A DNA stretch of 64,000 nucleotides. It comes from Planctomycetaceae bacterium. Lineage in GTDB: Bacteria; Planctomycetota; Phycisphaerae; SM23-33. Location: assembly GCA_039680605.1 (NCBI GenBank), contig JBDKTA010000005.1, forward strand, positions 5,141 to 69,140, given 5' to 3'. Made by a program: the position numbers and the translations under genes. A model generated the notes under the pieces. The model was given only the letters and a program-made list of their open reading frames with translations. It did not search any database and had not been told where the DNA came from. Each line of letters starts with the position of its first letter. The stretch's first letter is position 1. Shown one piece after another: positions 1 to 10,877 of this stretch.

Positions 1-1322
1 CCGCTTCGGCGAAACATGGTTTGTGGCCGTCCTGGCGGGCATCGGCCTTTCGCACCTCTTGATGCGCCCCAGTGCACGCGAGTGGCGGGCGACAAAATGG
101 ATCGCCGCCGCTTGTGTCACGGTCGCTGGCGCCTTGGCGGCCACGGCAATGCTGCTGCCTGTCGCCGGTCCGGCGGGGACGGGCGCTGCCTACAAGATGT
201 TGAGCCATTTTCAGCAGTGGGATTGGTTTCTCTTCGGACCCGTCCTGTACTTGGCGGTCGCCTCCATCGCCTTGGTAGTTCTGACCGTGGCGATGCGATC
301 CAAGGCCTTGGGATGGCTGTTGGCCGCGGGCGTGCTGGCTGAGGCCGCCGTGTTCGGCTTTATCTTCCTGAATGAGCCGGTCTTCAGCCCCCGTGCCCGA
401 GAGGAAACGGATGCGTATGCCGCCGTCTACAAGCGGCGCTACCGCCGGCTGGCGGACCATCCGTACTATCAAGCCGTTCCCGCGCTTCGCGAGTTGACGG
501 CCGGCAAGAACGTACGGGTGGTCGGCACGTACTCCGACATCGACAATCTGGCCTGGGCGGCCGGCGGGTATGCGCTGCTTGGCTTTGACAGCAAGCCGCT
601 CATGCCCCGCATGCACCGGATCAGTTCGGTCTTCACGCAGGGCGAACCGTACGTGATGACGCTTTCGGTCCCGCCCCAGCAGTGCCTGGCGCTCTGGAGC
701 AACATGAACGCGGCGTACCTGGTGGCGTACAACTCGCAGGGCCTGCGTTCCAGCGGCGACCTGATCAAGACCGACTTCCTGTCGATCCTGAAATTGCCCG
801 AGCCCATTCCATACGTCTACACGCAGAACCGCGTCCAGGAACTGGAGGAGAGGGACCAGTTCCAAGCCATCTGCAGAAGCGATCTGCGGCGGTTCGTCGC
901 CGTTGAGCCTGGCCAGGCCGCCGTCCTTAAGGGGAAGGTGGATCTGACGCGCGTTCCCTGGGGCGGCTACATTGAGGCCTTCGACGCGCTGCAGAGCGCA
1001 AATCGTATCACGGCCTTGGACCGGTCCAACGCCAACCGCCTGAGCCTTAACATCGACGTGACGGTTCCGGCCATGCTCGTGATTAACGAGTGCCACCACA
1101 GCGGATGGTCCGCCCGCGTCAACGGCAGGACGGCGCCGCTGCTCCAGGTGAACTATCTCCAGCAGGGGCTCTGGTTGACCAGCGGGCAATCACACGTGGA
1201 GCTGGAGTTTTTCCCCGCCGCGGTCAAGCGCGGGCTGATGGTCAGCGTCGCTTCGGGATTGGTGGTCATACTTTCAGCCGGTGTGGCGATGGGGCTGCGT
1301 CGCCGGCGAAGGCGGGTCACCC

Positions 1323-1330
<8 letters not shown>
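1..1330 (+). CDS. YfhO-like GT-C family membrane glycosyltransferase, C-terminal part (5' end lies outside the window)
   Basis: The frame is open from base 2 (RFGETWFVAVLAGIGLSHLL...). It aligns colinearly with the C-terminal ~440 aa of ORF 8128-10716 (ADHPYY/ADHPYI, DNLAW..GG.ALLG.DSKPL, VNYLQQGLWL, terminal TM plus Arg tail). Confidence 0.8.
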
Positions 1331-2068
<738 letters not shown>

Positions 2069-2078
<10 letters not shown>

Positions 2079-3094
2079 TCCTCCAGCGTGCCCTCACGCA
2101 CCAGGTCGAGGGTGACGCAGTGGGGCCCGCCGCCGAGGGGGCGCATGTGGCGAAGCTGGATCGGCAGCGATTCGATCCCGTACCGGGCCAGTTCGCGCAT
2201 CAGGTTGGTCTGGCTCTTCTCGATAGCCACCAGGTCCGGCCGCAGGCTCAGCAGGTTCATCGCGATCCACTTGGAGGCCCCGCGCCACAGAGGGTCTTCG
2301 GCGATGGGGTTGGGCTGGGGACAGTAGATCTTGTCCCACTTGGCAAAGACCTTGGGCACGTTGCTCTCGTTGACGCGGTCCGGGCACAGCAGCACCAGTC
2401 CCGGCCGCAAGGGCAGCACCGTCGAATCGACGTGCACGAAGGAGTAGATGCCCTCGGCGGGGTGCACGCGGTAGTCGCTGCCGAGGTGGTCCTGCAGCCA
2501 TCTCGCGCCGGCGTGATTGCCGGTGTTCGAGATCAGCATCAGCACGTCGCGCCCCATCTTGAGGCAGTTGGCCGCGTCGAAGACCGGCTCGTCGTTGCGC
2601 AGCGTCGGGCGCCCCAGCACGCTGCGATCGTACAGGTTGTCAAGCAGCCGCGGGCGCGGGGCCTGGACGGTGGTAAACAGGTGGCGGTAGATACGGGCCT
2701 CGTCCTGGCGATGGCGCAGCGCCATCGGCGTCTCGATCGCTTGCGTGCCGATGGTCAGGATCGTGTCGCGAGGGCAATACGCATAGCAGCCGTCGACGCA
2801 CCAGTCGGCGGTCTGGTAGCGACGAGTGAAATCCGCTGCGCCAGGCCGATGCACGCGGATACCCATCTGCGTCAGGACGCGGGCGAACTCGTCGAGGTCT
2901 TCGTTGCTTTCGTCGATGATGTGCCGCGGGTATGGGCCTGTCAGTGCCTGGGCGAACTGCTCGCCCGTGGCGTCGCCGTAGCAGACGCTGTGAAGCGACT
3001 CGTCCTTGATGGTGGGCACCTGCGCCCCGGTGGCCGTGCCGACCACCACTTCCCGCAGTGGGTGCCATTCAGTGTATGTGTTGATCGAAATCAT
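2069..3094 (-). CDS. Amidinotransferase (StrB1 inosamine-phosphate / glycine amidinotransferase family)
   Basis: 341 aa. The N-terminus MISINTYTEWHPLREVVVG and the C-terminal GGGPHCVTLDL (active-site Cys motif) are typical of this fold family, and the size is StrB1-like. It is the last gene of the minus-strand rSAM/GT2 operon. Confidence 0.75.
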
Positions 3095-3122
3095 CCGGTT
3101 CTCTCGTCAGGATCCGCCATGC

Positions 3123-4133
3123 TCATCGTCCAATTCGCAACACGTTCATGATTGCCCCCGGCGACAGCGACAGCACATAGTTCAGTTCCACCAGCGGCGC
3201 GCACCAGCACCGGTTGCAGTGGACCTTCTGGCGCCGGACGGCCGCCAGCCGCTCCGCCAGCGGCGCCTCGCGCTGCTGTGTGCCGCCCTGGCAGGCGTCC
3301 TCGAACAGAGCGCAGGCCACGATGCCTCCGTCGGGCTGGATCGAGCAGATCACCCTGCCGGCGAAACAGGCAATTGCCGACGCCTCCGGCCACCGCGCCA
3401 GGTACCGCAGCCCCTTGACCGAGTTCGTGATGGCCGCCCCATGGCCCTTGAGCTCGATAAGGTGTTCCATGACACGGCGGTACTGCTGCACCTGCAGGGC
3501 GACGGGGTTGGGTTGGCGACCGAGGTTGATCCAGGTGGTGGCGGGCTGGAACATGATGCTGACACCGGCGCGGCCGGCGATTCCTAGCAGTTCGTCGACC
3601 GAATTGATATTGTGCTGATTCAACGTACAGACCGCGCTGGCGGCGATGCCGGCCCCGCGGCAGGCGTCGAAGGCATTCAGCGCTTTGGCGAAGGTGCCCC
3701 TGCCGCGCACGGCGTCGTGAACGCCCTCCGGGCCGTCCAGACTGATCGAGACCATGTCCAGCCCGCGCAGTTCGTCCAGGCGACTGGGCACCAGGATGCC
3801 GTTGGTACTCAGCCGGACGTAGAGCCCCTTGCCTTTGGCTCGACCGATCAGCCGGCCGAGGTCTTGGCGCAGCAGCGGTTCGCCGCCGCTGAAGGTCACC
3901 CATCGCATGCCCAAGGCCGTCAGATCGTCCAGCAGCGTCAGCGCAGCGGTCGTGTCTAGTTCCTCGCCGGCCAGGCTGGCCGACGCGCAGTACGCGCAGC
4001 GGCAGTTGCAGCGGAACGTCACGTTCCAACTGGCGATCAGCGGGACGCACACGCCGCGCAGGTTCGCCTTGGCGATCGACGCCAGAACCGTCCATCCGTC
4101 CGACACAGTCTGCAATCGCCGCAGCGGTTTCAT
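3123..4133 (-). CDS. Radical SAM enzyme, type A (SPASM/twitch-like Cys-rich C-terminus)
   Basis: CNCRCAYC (Cx3Cx2C), SGGEPLL, STNG and SLDGP motifs; C-terminal CFAGRVICSIQPDGGIVAC...CNRCWC. Start taken at ATG 4133 (MKPLRRL), which overlaps the upstream stop as TGATG. The 99-aa extension in the ORF track is G/P/R-rich and overlaps the upstream gene. About half the positions are identical to 7155-8153 by eye. Confidence 0.85.
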   Translation of the reverse strand: MKPLRRLQTVSDGWTVLASIAKANLRGVCVPLIASWNVTFRCNCRCAYCASASLAGEELDTTAALTLLDDLTALGMRWVTFSGGEPLLRQDLGRLIGRAKGKGLYVRLSTNGILVPSRLDELRGLDMVSISLDGPEGVHDAVRGRGTFAKALNAFDACRGAGIAASAVCTLNQHNINSVDELLGIAGRAGVSIMFQPATTWINLGRQPNPVALQVQQYRRVMEHLIELKGHGAAITNSVKGLRYLARWPEASAIACFAGRVICSIQPDGGIVACALFEDACQGGTQQREAPLAERLAAVRRQKVHCNRCWCAPLVELNYVLSLSPGAIMNVLRIGR

Positions 4134-5155
4134 CAGGAGGATTCCTCCTGTCGGGCGAGCGAATCTGCCGCTGTGGCTTGTGGGTCGTTGCGGCTGGCCA
4201 GGTACAGGCGGCAGCCGCCCAGGAACGACGCGATGCCGCCGATGCCGTAGGCGATGGGGAAGCCCCACATGGCCACCGCAGCCCCCAGCGAATCCAGCCA
4301 CGGCGCCTTGGCGAGCTTGCGATCGATCAGAAAGACGATCAACTGCAGGCCCTGCAGCATCGCCAGCAGGCCCACCAGCCCCAAGCCCGCCAGCACCGCC
4401 TGGGCGATCACGAACAGCGACGGGATCCATACCAGCACCGCCCCCGCGCGGTTGAACGTGCCGCGTTGCTTCAGGGACAGCCCTTCGTTAAACCACTGCA
4501 TCCAGAAATGCACCAGGTCGCGGCGGTGATGATAGACCACGACGGCCGGATCGCGCAGGATCGTCATCCCCGCGGCCACGATGGCATTGCTCAGGGCGAC
4601 GTCTTCGCTGGTTCGCAGCGACTCGTCGAACCCGCCCAACCGCTCCAGGACGTCGCGCCGGACGACCAGATTGCACGTCGAAGCGTTCTGCACCAGCTCG
4701 GCGGTGCGGTGCGGATCGTAATTGCCGCTGACCTGCGGACCCATGATCAGCGGGCTGGCCATCGCCCAGCCGCAGATCCGCCGCAGCCACGGTTCTTGCG
4801 GCGGCGTCAGTGCCGGTCCGGTCACTGCCGCCAGCGACGCGTCGGACTGTTCCAGGCGCTGGCGGGCCTGGACGAGCCAGTCTTCCTGAGGGAAGGCGTC
4901 GGAGTCGACATAGGCGATGAAGCGGCACTGCTGCGGGGCGGCGGCTGCCCCGACGTTGCGCTTGTGGGATATCCCGCCGGCATCAACGACCTGCGTCCCG
5001 TACTGCTCGTAGGCGGGCACGAACTCGTCGCCGACGAGGATCAGCGGCCAGGGCCCGCCGCGCAGATTGGCGATCGCCTCGAGACACTGGTCGACGTAGG
5101 CGCTGCGCCTCTGGAAGATGACGACCACGGCGATGTGTCCCGCGCAGGCGGCCAT
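4133..5155 (-). CDS. GT2 glycosyltransferase with C-terminal multi-TM domain (type m)
   Basis: GT2 core (IAVVVIF..., YVDSDAF DxD, SEDVAL) followed by about 4 hydrophobic helices. ATG 5155 overlaps the upstream stop (TGATG). Paralogue of 19121-19975. Confidence 0.8.
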   Translation of the reverse strand: MAACAGHIAVVVIFQRRSAYVDQCLEAIANLRGGPWPLILVGDEFVPAYEQYGTQVVDAGGISHKRNVGAAAAPQQCRFIAYVDSDAFPQEDWLVQARQRLEQSDASLAAVTGPALTPPQEPWLRRICGWAMASPLIMGPQVSGNYDPHRTAELVQNASTCNLVVRRDVLERLGGFDESLRTSEDVALSNAIVAAGMTILRDPAVVVYHHRRDLVHFWMQWFNEGLSLKQRGTFNRAGAVLVWIPSLFVIAQAVLAGLGLVGLLAMLQGLQLIVFLIDRKLAKAPWLDSLGAAVAMWGFPIAYGIGGIASFLGGCRLYLASRNDPQATAADSLARQEESS

Positions 5156-6306
5156 CAGCGCTTCCCCCCGCCCAGGACTCCGCGCAACCACAGCGTGATA
5201 TTCCCCGGCATGGTGAAGGCGCTGTGCTGCATGAAGCAGGAATGATCGCAGGAGCAACCGCGGCTGGCGATTGTCCTGCATTGGGCGAGAGCACGTGCGG
5301 AGTTCAGCACATCGTCCAGCGCCGCCGGCGGGTCCGTCAGCGAGCCGATGGGCTCGAGCATCTCGCAGGCGTGGACCTGGCCCAGCGCGTTAATATACAG
5401 CGAACCCCGTCCGGCCGAGCACGCCCACTGACGCGGCAGACCGCGATGGTGGCGAAGGGCCTGGCGATAGTACCAGCCCCAGAACATGCTGTTCAGGCGG
5501 CCGACGATGCCCAGGCGGTATCCCTTGCGGCGCCGGCCCGATCGCGCCAGGTGGGCGCCTTCGCGGCTTAAGAAGTCCACCGCGTCTACGGCGGTCTCGC
5601 CGGCGGGCACCGAGCGAGCCAGGCTCAAGCTGTGCCCTTCGGCGAGGGGCCAATGCTGCTCGACCCACTCCTGCACGTCGCGATAAGACGCGGCGTTGTA
5701 TGAGCTGATGCACGTATTGGCGCTGATGTGCAGGCGCGGATGCTGCCCCTTGAGTGCGGCCAGGGCGTCGTAGGTGCGGCACAGGGCCTCGAAATTGCCC
5801 TCGACGCCGCGGATCTCGTCATGGCGCTGGGCGATGGCATCGATGGACAAGCCCACGGCCAGCTCGCCGCGGAACGTCTGAAGAATCTCCCGCGTCCGGG
5901 TAACGATCGTGTTGGTCGCCAGGCCATTGGTGGGCACGCTGACGATGCGCACGCTCGTACGGGCAGCGAAGGCATCGATCATCTCAACCAACTGCGGATG
6001 CAGGAACGGTTCGCCGCCGCTGAGTTCCAGCACCAGCAGGTTCGGCAAGGCCTCGGCAATGCGCTCGATGGCTTCCAGCGACAGGACGGCCCCGCGGGTG
6101 TTGAGCTTGTCGCGATTGTAGCAGGTCCGGCAGCGGGAGTTGCACTGCAGGGTCGGCTCGAGAATCAGCAGGGTGCGAACAGGTCGGCCTGCCAAGGTAT
6201 GTATCCAAGACTTGAACACTGTGGCTGCCAGATTTGTGCGCACGGGATGGGCCTTGCTGTCGGGGGGCACTTCGTCCGAACCGGGAAGCATGATGTCCTT
6301 GCGCAT
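5155..6306 (-). CDS. Radical SAM enzyme, type B (SPASM-like C-terminus)
   Basis: CNSRCRTC (Cx3Cx2C), SGGEPFL and PTNG motifs; C-terminal CSAGR...ACE...CSCDHSC. Paralogue of 18033-19064. Confidence 0.85.
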   Translation of the reverse strand: MRKDIMLPGSDEVPPDSKAHPVRTNLAATVFKSWIHTLAGRPVRTLLILEPTLQCNSRCRTCYNRDKLNTRGAVLSLEAIERIAEALPNLLVLELSGGEPFLHPQLVEMIDAFAARTSVRIVSVPTNGLATNTIVTRTREILQTFRGELAVGLSIDAIAQRHDEIRGVEGNFEALCRTYDALAALKGQHPRLHISANTCISSYNAASYRDVQEWVEQHWPLAEGHSLSLARSVPAGETAVDAVDFLSREGAHLARSGRRRKGYRLGIVGRLNSMFWGWYYRQALRHHRGLPRQWACSAGRGSLYINALGQVHACEMLEPIGSLTDPPAALDDVLNSARALAQCRTIASRGCSCDHSCFMQHSAFTMPGNITLWLRGVLGGGKR

Positions 6307-6332
6307 GTGACTATCTTACCAGTTTCCGGCGT

Positions 6333-6365
6333 ATTGCCTTGGCTGAATTGCCGAGCAAAATTGCC
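6333..6365. promoter_or_regulatory. Three direct ATTGCC repeats in a divergent promoter region
   Basis: ATTGCC occurs at 6333, 6347 and 6360 (13-14-nt spacing), in the 106-bp AT-rich gap between the divergent rSAM/GT2 operons. Confidence 0.35.
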
Positions 6366-6412
6366 ATTGTGAGCGCATAGCTAATGTCGATAATAGTACG
6401 TTAAAGGCGATC

Positions 6413-7153
6413 GTGACTGTTATGTCAGAGCGTGCCGATCCCTGTGTGTCAGTAGTACTGCCCACGTATAAAGAGGCAGAGAATTTGACCACCCTTGTTG
6501 ACCGCATTGCCGCGACCCTGGTGGCCTGCAACGTGACGTATGAAATTATTGTCGTTGATGACGATAGTGACGACGGCACCGAAGCGATCATGCAGAGACT
6601 TGCCCAGAGGGGTGCTCCTATCTCTTTGATCCTGCGAAGAGGAGTACGCGACCTGAGCACGGCCGTGGTGAGCGGTTTCTCGCAGGCGACTGGGCAGGTG
6701 CTGGTATGCATGGATGCAGATCTCAGCCACCCTCCAGAGGCCTTGCGTGACATTGTGCGGGCTATGACGACTTCGCACGCCGATTGCTGTATCGCCAGCC
6801 GGTATACCAAGGGAGGCAGCGCCGGAGAAGGCTGGGCCTGGCACCGATACCTGAATAGCTGGGCCGGAATCGCCGCCGCCCGGATATGGACATCCGTGTC
6901 CGATCCGATGTCAGGGTATTTTGCTGTGACACGAAGCGCCTTGGACAGTGCGAGACCGCTTAATCCCATTGGATTCAAAATCCTTCTTGAGTTGCTGGTA
7001 AAATGCCCTCTAAAGAACATCCACGAAGTTCCGATCCTTTTTGCCCCCAGGGCGAGCGGACGGAGCAAGTTAAATCTGCGCCAGAAGTGGAACTTCCTAC
7101 GGCACCTGTTTCGGCTGGTCTGCTTTACGCTTGGCAGTAGTCCCAGAGGCTGA
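6413..7153 (+). CDS. Polyprenol-phosphate hexosyltransferase-like GT2 (Dpm1/GtrB/CsbB type)
   Basis: VSVVLPTYKEAENL, VVDDDSDDGT, CMDADLSHPP and the short soluble length are typical of this GT2 subgroup. The start is GTG 6413 or ATG 6422. The gene is visibly AT-richer than the genes to its left. Confidence 0.8.
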   Translation: MTVMSERADPCVSVVLPTYKEAENLTTLVDRIAATLVACNVTYEIIVVDDDSDDGTEAIMQRLAQRGAPISLILRRGVRDLSTAVVSGFSQATGQVLVCMDADLSHPPEALRDIVRAMTTSHADCCIASRYTKGGSAGEGWAWHRYLNSWAGIAAARIWTSVSDPMSGYFAVTRSALDSARPLNPIGFKILLELLVKCPLKNIHEVPILFAPRASGRSKLNLRQKWNFLRHLFRLVCFTLGSSPRG

Positions 7154-7154
7154 G

Positions 7155-8153
7155 ATGTCTGGACACATTATCTCTGACGGCGTTGCGGTTTTCGCGGGTA
7201 TCGTGCGCGCCGCGATCTTCCGAAAGCGCTTTCCTTTGGCGGTGGTGTGGAACATCACCTATCGCTGCAACTGCTCGTGCCGTTACTGCGGGACCAGCGA
7301 AATGCCGGCGGAGGAATTGGTAACGCCCCAGGCCTTGAGCCTCATGGATGATCTTGCGGAGATGGGTACGCGGTGGTTGACCTTTAGCGGCGGAGATCCG
7401 TTCATGCGGGTGGATCTGGGGCAACTCGTCCGGCGCGCAAGGCACCACAAGATGCACCTGAGGATCAGCACCAATGGGATTCTGCTGCCCGATCGCATCT
7501 CGGAAGTTCAGTCGGCCGACGCTGTTTCCGTCAGCCTGGACGGTCCCGCCGAAGTTCATGATGCTGTCCGCGGCAACGGTACGTTTCGCGGCGCCCTTGC
7601 GGGCATCGAGGCCTGCAAGACCGCTAATATTAAAGTCAACCTGAAATGCACGTTGGGCAGCCACAATCTGACGGTCGTCGATCAGGTGCTGGAGATGGCC
7701 CGGCAACTCCATCTGCCCGTTATGTTTCAACCGGCAACCTCGTGGCTCAATTTTACTTCCGCTGAGGATCCCATGGCTGCCGAACGGGAAGCCTACCGCC
7801 GCGCTGTTGAGTATCTACTGGACCGTAAGCGCGAGGGAGCGCCCATCCTGAACTCTGCTGCGGGCCTGCGCTACCTGGCAAACTGGCCCGAGCCTGCCGA
7901 TATCCCCTGTTTTGCGGGCAAGCTTTTCTGCTCAATCGGGCCGGACGGATCGTTCGTCGCCTGCTCGACCTTCCAGGACGCCGGCCTGAAAGCAAGCACG
8001 GATCGCAGCGGGTCGACGCGAGAGCGTTTTGAGCGGGCGTCTGCGGCTGCTTACAACTGCCGGCAATGCTGGTGTGCGCCGCTGGTGGAGTTCAACCTTG
8101 CCCTGAGCATGCACGCCGGCGCCGTCCTTAATGCCCTGAAGGTTGGCCTGTGA
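7155..8153 (+). CDS. Radical SAM enzyme, type A' (paralogue of 3123-4133)
   Basis: CNCSCRYC, SGGDPFM, STNG and SLDGP motifs; CFAGKLFCSIGPDGSFVAC...CRQCWC. ATG 7155 lies 1 nt after the upstream stop (TGAGATG). Confidence 0.85.
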   Translation: MSGHIISDGVAVFAGIVRAAIFRKRFPLAVVWNITYRCNCSCRYCGTSEMPAEELVTPQALSLMDDLAEMGTRWLTFSGGDPFMRVDLGQLVRRARHHKMHLRISTNGILLPDRISEVQSADAVSVSLDGPAEVHDAVRGNGTFRGALAGIEACKTANIKVNLKCTLGSHNLTVVDQVLEMARQLHLPVMFQPATSWLNFTSAEDPMAAEREAYRRAVEYLLDRKREGAPILNSAAGLRYLANWPEPADIPCFAGKLFCSIGPDGSFVACSTFQDAGLKASTDRSGSTRERFERASAAAYNCRQCWCAPLVEFNLALSMHAGAVLNALKVGL

Positions 8154-10716
8154 GGCATTTCGGTTGCTGCCTTCGGCGAAGCCGTCTCCAGTACGCCGCC
8201 GCGACCACCAACAGCACGCCCCCGCCTCCCGCCGCAGATACCATCAGCCCGTATTGCACGGACTTGGGGAAGAATCGCAGTTCGACTTGATGCCGGCCCG
8301 AGGCAAGCCACAAGCCCTGCTGAAGATAGTTGACCTGCCTGACAATGCAAGGCTTGCCGTCAACCGTTGCCGTCCATCCGGGATGGTAGTACTCGTTGAT
8401 GACCAGCATCGCCGGCGTATTGACGTTGATGTCTATTTTGAGCCGGTTGGGTTTGGTCCTGTCAATATTATGGACGGGATTGGCAATTTGCAGCGTCTCA
8501 AACGCCTCAGTATAACCTGACCACGGAACTGAGGCCAAATCGACACTGCCCTCCAGCGATGATTTGACGCCAGGTCCGACGGAGACGAACCTGCGCAGGT
8601 CTGCGCGATGCAGCACAATCAGTTGTTCGTCGGTCCCCATCTCCTGCACACGATTCTGGGTATACGCGTAAGGCATAGGGGCAGGCAGCTTGTAGATCGA
8701 AAAGAAGTCGGTCTGGCCGATCCGACCGGCCGACTGCGATGTCTGGTAATTAAAGATGACCATATATCCCACGTTCATGTTGTGGAGGAATGGCATCATC
8801 CGTCGCGGTTCGACCTGAAAACTGAGGAAATACGGCAGCCCTGACACCCAAGGTGAGATTGCCTTGCACATCTCCGGCGCCAGCGGCTTGCTGTCATACC
8901 CCAGCAGGGCGCGCCCTCCGGTGAGCCATGCCAGATTATCCACATCCGACCGGCTGGCGACGTAGCGAACGTCGTCCCCCTTCATTGCCTGCTTGAGGGG
9001 AGCTACCAGGGCGATATAGGGGTGGTCAGCGGCCCTGTAATACCGTTTCTTGGATACTCTTGCCATTGGATCCGTGGCGTCGGCGTCGCGGGGGCCGTCT
9101 CCGGATTCATAGAAGTACGAAAAGCCAAACCACACGGTCTCCAGCAGGATTCCAGCCAATACAACCCGTCCCAACCATCGCCCGCGCCCCAGAAAGACGC
9201 TCAGCGCCGCTGCCATCAGCGCCAGGGCGATATACAGCACAGGCGAGAGCAAAAACCACTTCCATTCCTTGAGGACCGTCAGGGTCTGCCACGCGCTGAC
9301 GGTCTGGCCGCGGAATGTTACCGGCACAAGCAGTGCCGCCGATGCGGTCAGCAGCGTCAGGACGGAGACGGTCAGCAGCACGATGCGGCCGCCATGGCCG
9401 CTCTCCTGGCGCTTCAGCAGCTGCGATACGCCCACTGCAGCCAGAATCGCCACGAACCAGTTCTCGCCGGTTCGATAGTAGATCGGGCGAGGCAACTTGA
9501 TCCACGGCATCACATAGCTCAGCGGTTTGAACAGGGGGGTGTTCTCGCCCAGGATGATGACCATCAGCACCAGCAGTGCAATCATCGACACCCGTGCCCA
9601 AAGGCGCTCGTGGCAATCCTGCATAGACTCCTGCCCCCGTCGCCCGACGATTCGCCCCAAGCCGATGGCGGCTGCAAATGCCGTGAAGATTCCCCCGGCC
9701 ATGTAGTACCAGCTGTTCATCGGTTCCGTAAGACCGATTCCCCATCCGTGCGTGCTGTCAAGAAAGCCAAGGAAGTTTGGCACAAAGAGCATCACCAGCC
9801 CTGACAGAGGCAGGAAGCCCGTCACCTGTTCCATCACGCTTCTGACGCCGAATACCTCCTCGAACCAGGATGTCCCCTCGATCGTTCCGCCCCACATGAT
9901 TCCCGTCAGAGCGATCCCGACGATCATCATCGCGCCGACTCCCAGCAGTGACACCACCTTGGGGACGAAGGGCCGGCGAAAGCTGAGGCCCGTCAGGAGA
10001 AGGGCGGTCAAGAACATGTAAAAATACGTGCGGCTGAGATAGCTGATCTGGCCGGTACTGGACATCAGCCCTACCAGCAGCGTGCCGAGGAGCCACCACG
10101 TGGCGCGGCGGGTAAAGAAGAACCGACTCATCGCCAGCATCACCCAGGGCAGATAGGCGCAGACGAAAACTTGGGTTATCGTAACCGTCGCGGTTCCGAC
10201 CTCAGCCCCCAGTCCATACAGAAGGGCCGTCACGACACAGGCGGTGGGGCGCAGGTTCAACTCCCAGCGTGCGAAGAAATACGCTCCGGCGACCGCCGCC
10301 GCCACATGCAGGCAGAAAGGAATGATGAACAGGATGTAATAGGACTGCGCGAGGTTGTCCGGATTGGCCAGCAGCAGAAGCGGCAGCAGAGGCAGGTAGT
10401 AGATGGGCGGATCGTCATTGACGTAGTAAGGCAGCGCTCCGGCGAACGTCTGCCGATCCCACAGCGGCACTTGCCCCTGTTGCACCAGCCGGGCGAGGGC
10501 GATCAGCCGCGGCGTGGCTTCGTTGAGATTGTCCACATGGTACATCGGCACCCAGCCCAGAAGAGCCGGAGCCAGAAACAACGCGATCACGACGATGAGC
10601 GCCCTCGGCGACCATCGATCCCACGCCGCAGGCACGCCGGCGGCGCCCATTGCCGCACCGCCGGGCACGGCGCCGCCTGTGCCGATGCCGCATTCTGGTA
10701 GTGCTGGATTTGCCAT
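8128..10716 (-). CDS. YfhO-like GT-C family membrane glycosyltransferase (full length)
   Basis: 862 aa. About 500 aa of polytopic membrane region are followed by an extracytoplasmic C-domain and a terminal TM. The C-half is colinear with ORF 1-1330. The 3' end overlaps the convergent rSAM-A' gene by 26 nt. Confidence 0.8.
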   Translation of the reverse strand: MANPALPECGIGTGGAVPGGAAMGAAGVPAAWDRWSPRALIVVIALFLAPALLGWVPMYHVDNLNEATPRLIALARLVQQGQVPLWDRQTFAGALPYYVNDDPPIYYLPLLPLLLLANPDNLAQSYYILFIIPFCLHVAAAVAGAYFFARWELNLRPTACVVTALLYGLGAEVGTATVTITQVFVCAYLPWVMLAMSRFFFTRRATWWLLGTLLVGLMSSTGQISYLSRTYFYMFLTALLLTGLSFRRPFVPKVVSLLGVGAMMIVGIALTGIMWGGTIEGTSWFEEVFGVRSVMEQVTGFLPLSGLVMLFVPNFLGFLDSTHGWGIGLTEPMNSWYYMAGGIFTAFAAAIGLGRIVGRRGQESMQDCHERLWARVSMIALLVLMVIILGENTPLFKPLSYVMPWIKLPRPIYYRTGENWFVAILAAVGVSQLLKRQESGHGGRIVLLTVSVLTLLTASAALLVPVTFRGQTVSAWQTLTVLKEWKWFLLSPVLYIALALMAAALSVFLGRGRWLGRVVLAGILLETVWFGFSYFYESGDGPRDADATDPMARVSKKRYYRAADHPYIALVAPLKQAMKGDDVRYVASRSDVDNLAWLTGGRALLGYDSKPLAPEMCKAISPWVSGLPYFLSFQVEPRRMMPFLHNMNVGYMVIFNYQTSQSAGRIGQTDFFSIYKLPAPMPYAYTQNRVQEMGTDEQLIVLHRADLRRFVSVGPGVKSSLEGSVDLASVPWSGYTEAFETLQIANPVHNIDRTKPNRLKIDINVNTPAMLVINEYYHPGWTATVDGKPCIVRQVNYLQQGLWLASGRHQVELRFFPKSVQYGLMVSAAGGGGVLLVVAAAYWRRLRRRQQPKCLTGQPSGH

Positions 10717-10877
10717 GGAGGCAGTCTAAACCCCTGAATGAACCAATGCAAGGAAGGTGCGTGACCGAAACAAGACGAAGGTACTCATGATGGACGTTGC
10801 CTCGAAATCAGGCGCGATAATAAAGCTTTTGAGCCGATATGGCGAATTAGTAGAATGAGCCTCAGGAGGCTGGACAT

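Noticed and set aside
4134-4430. 99-aa N-terminal extension of the rSAM-A ORF
   Set aside because: It overlaps the GT2m gene and is G/P/R-rich. An internal ATG at 4133 overlaps the upstream stop, and the paralogue begins at the equivalent position.
10787-10858. 23-codon ORF (MMDVASKSGAIIKLLSRYGELVE) in the YfhO/TolB divergent region, considered as a possible rSAM substrate peptide
   Set aside because: It has no convincing RBS, is very short and lacks Cys or other typical rSAM target residues. It is more likely promoter DNA.
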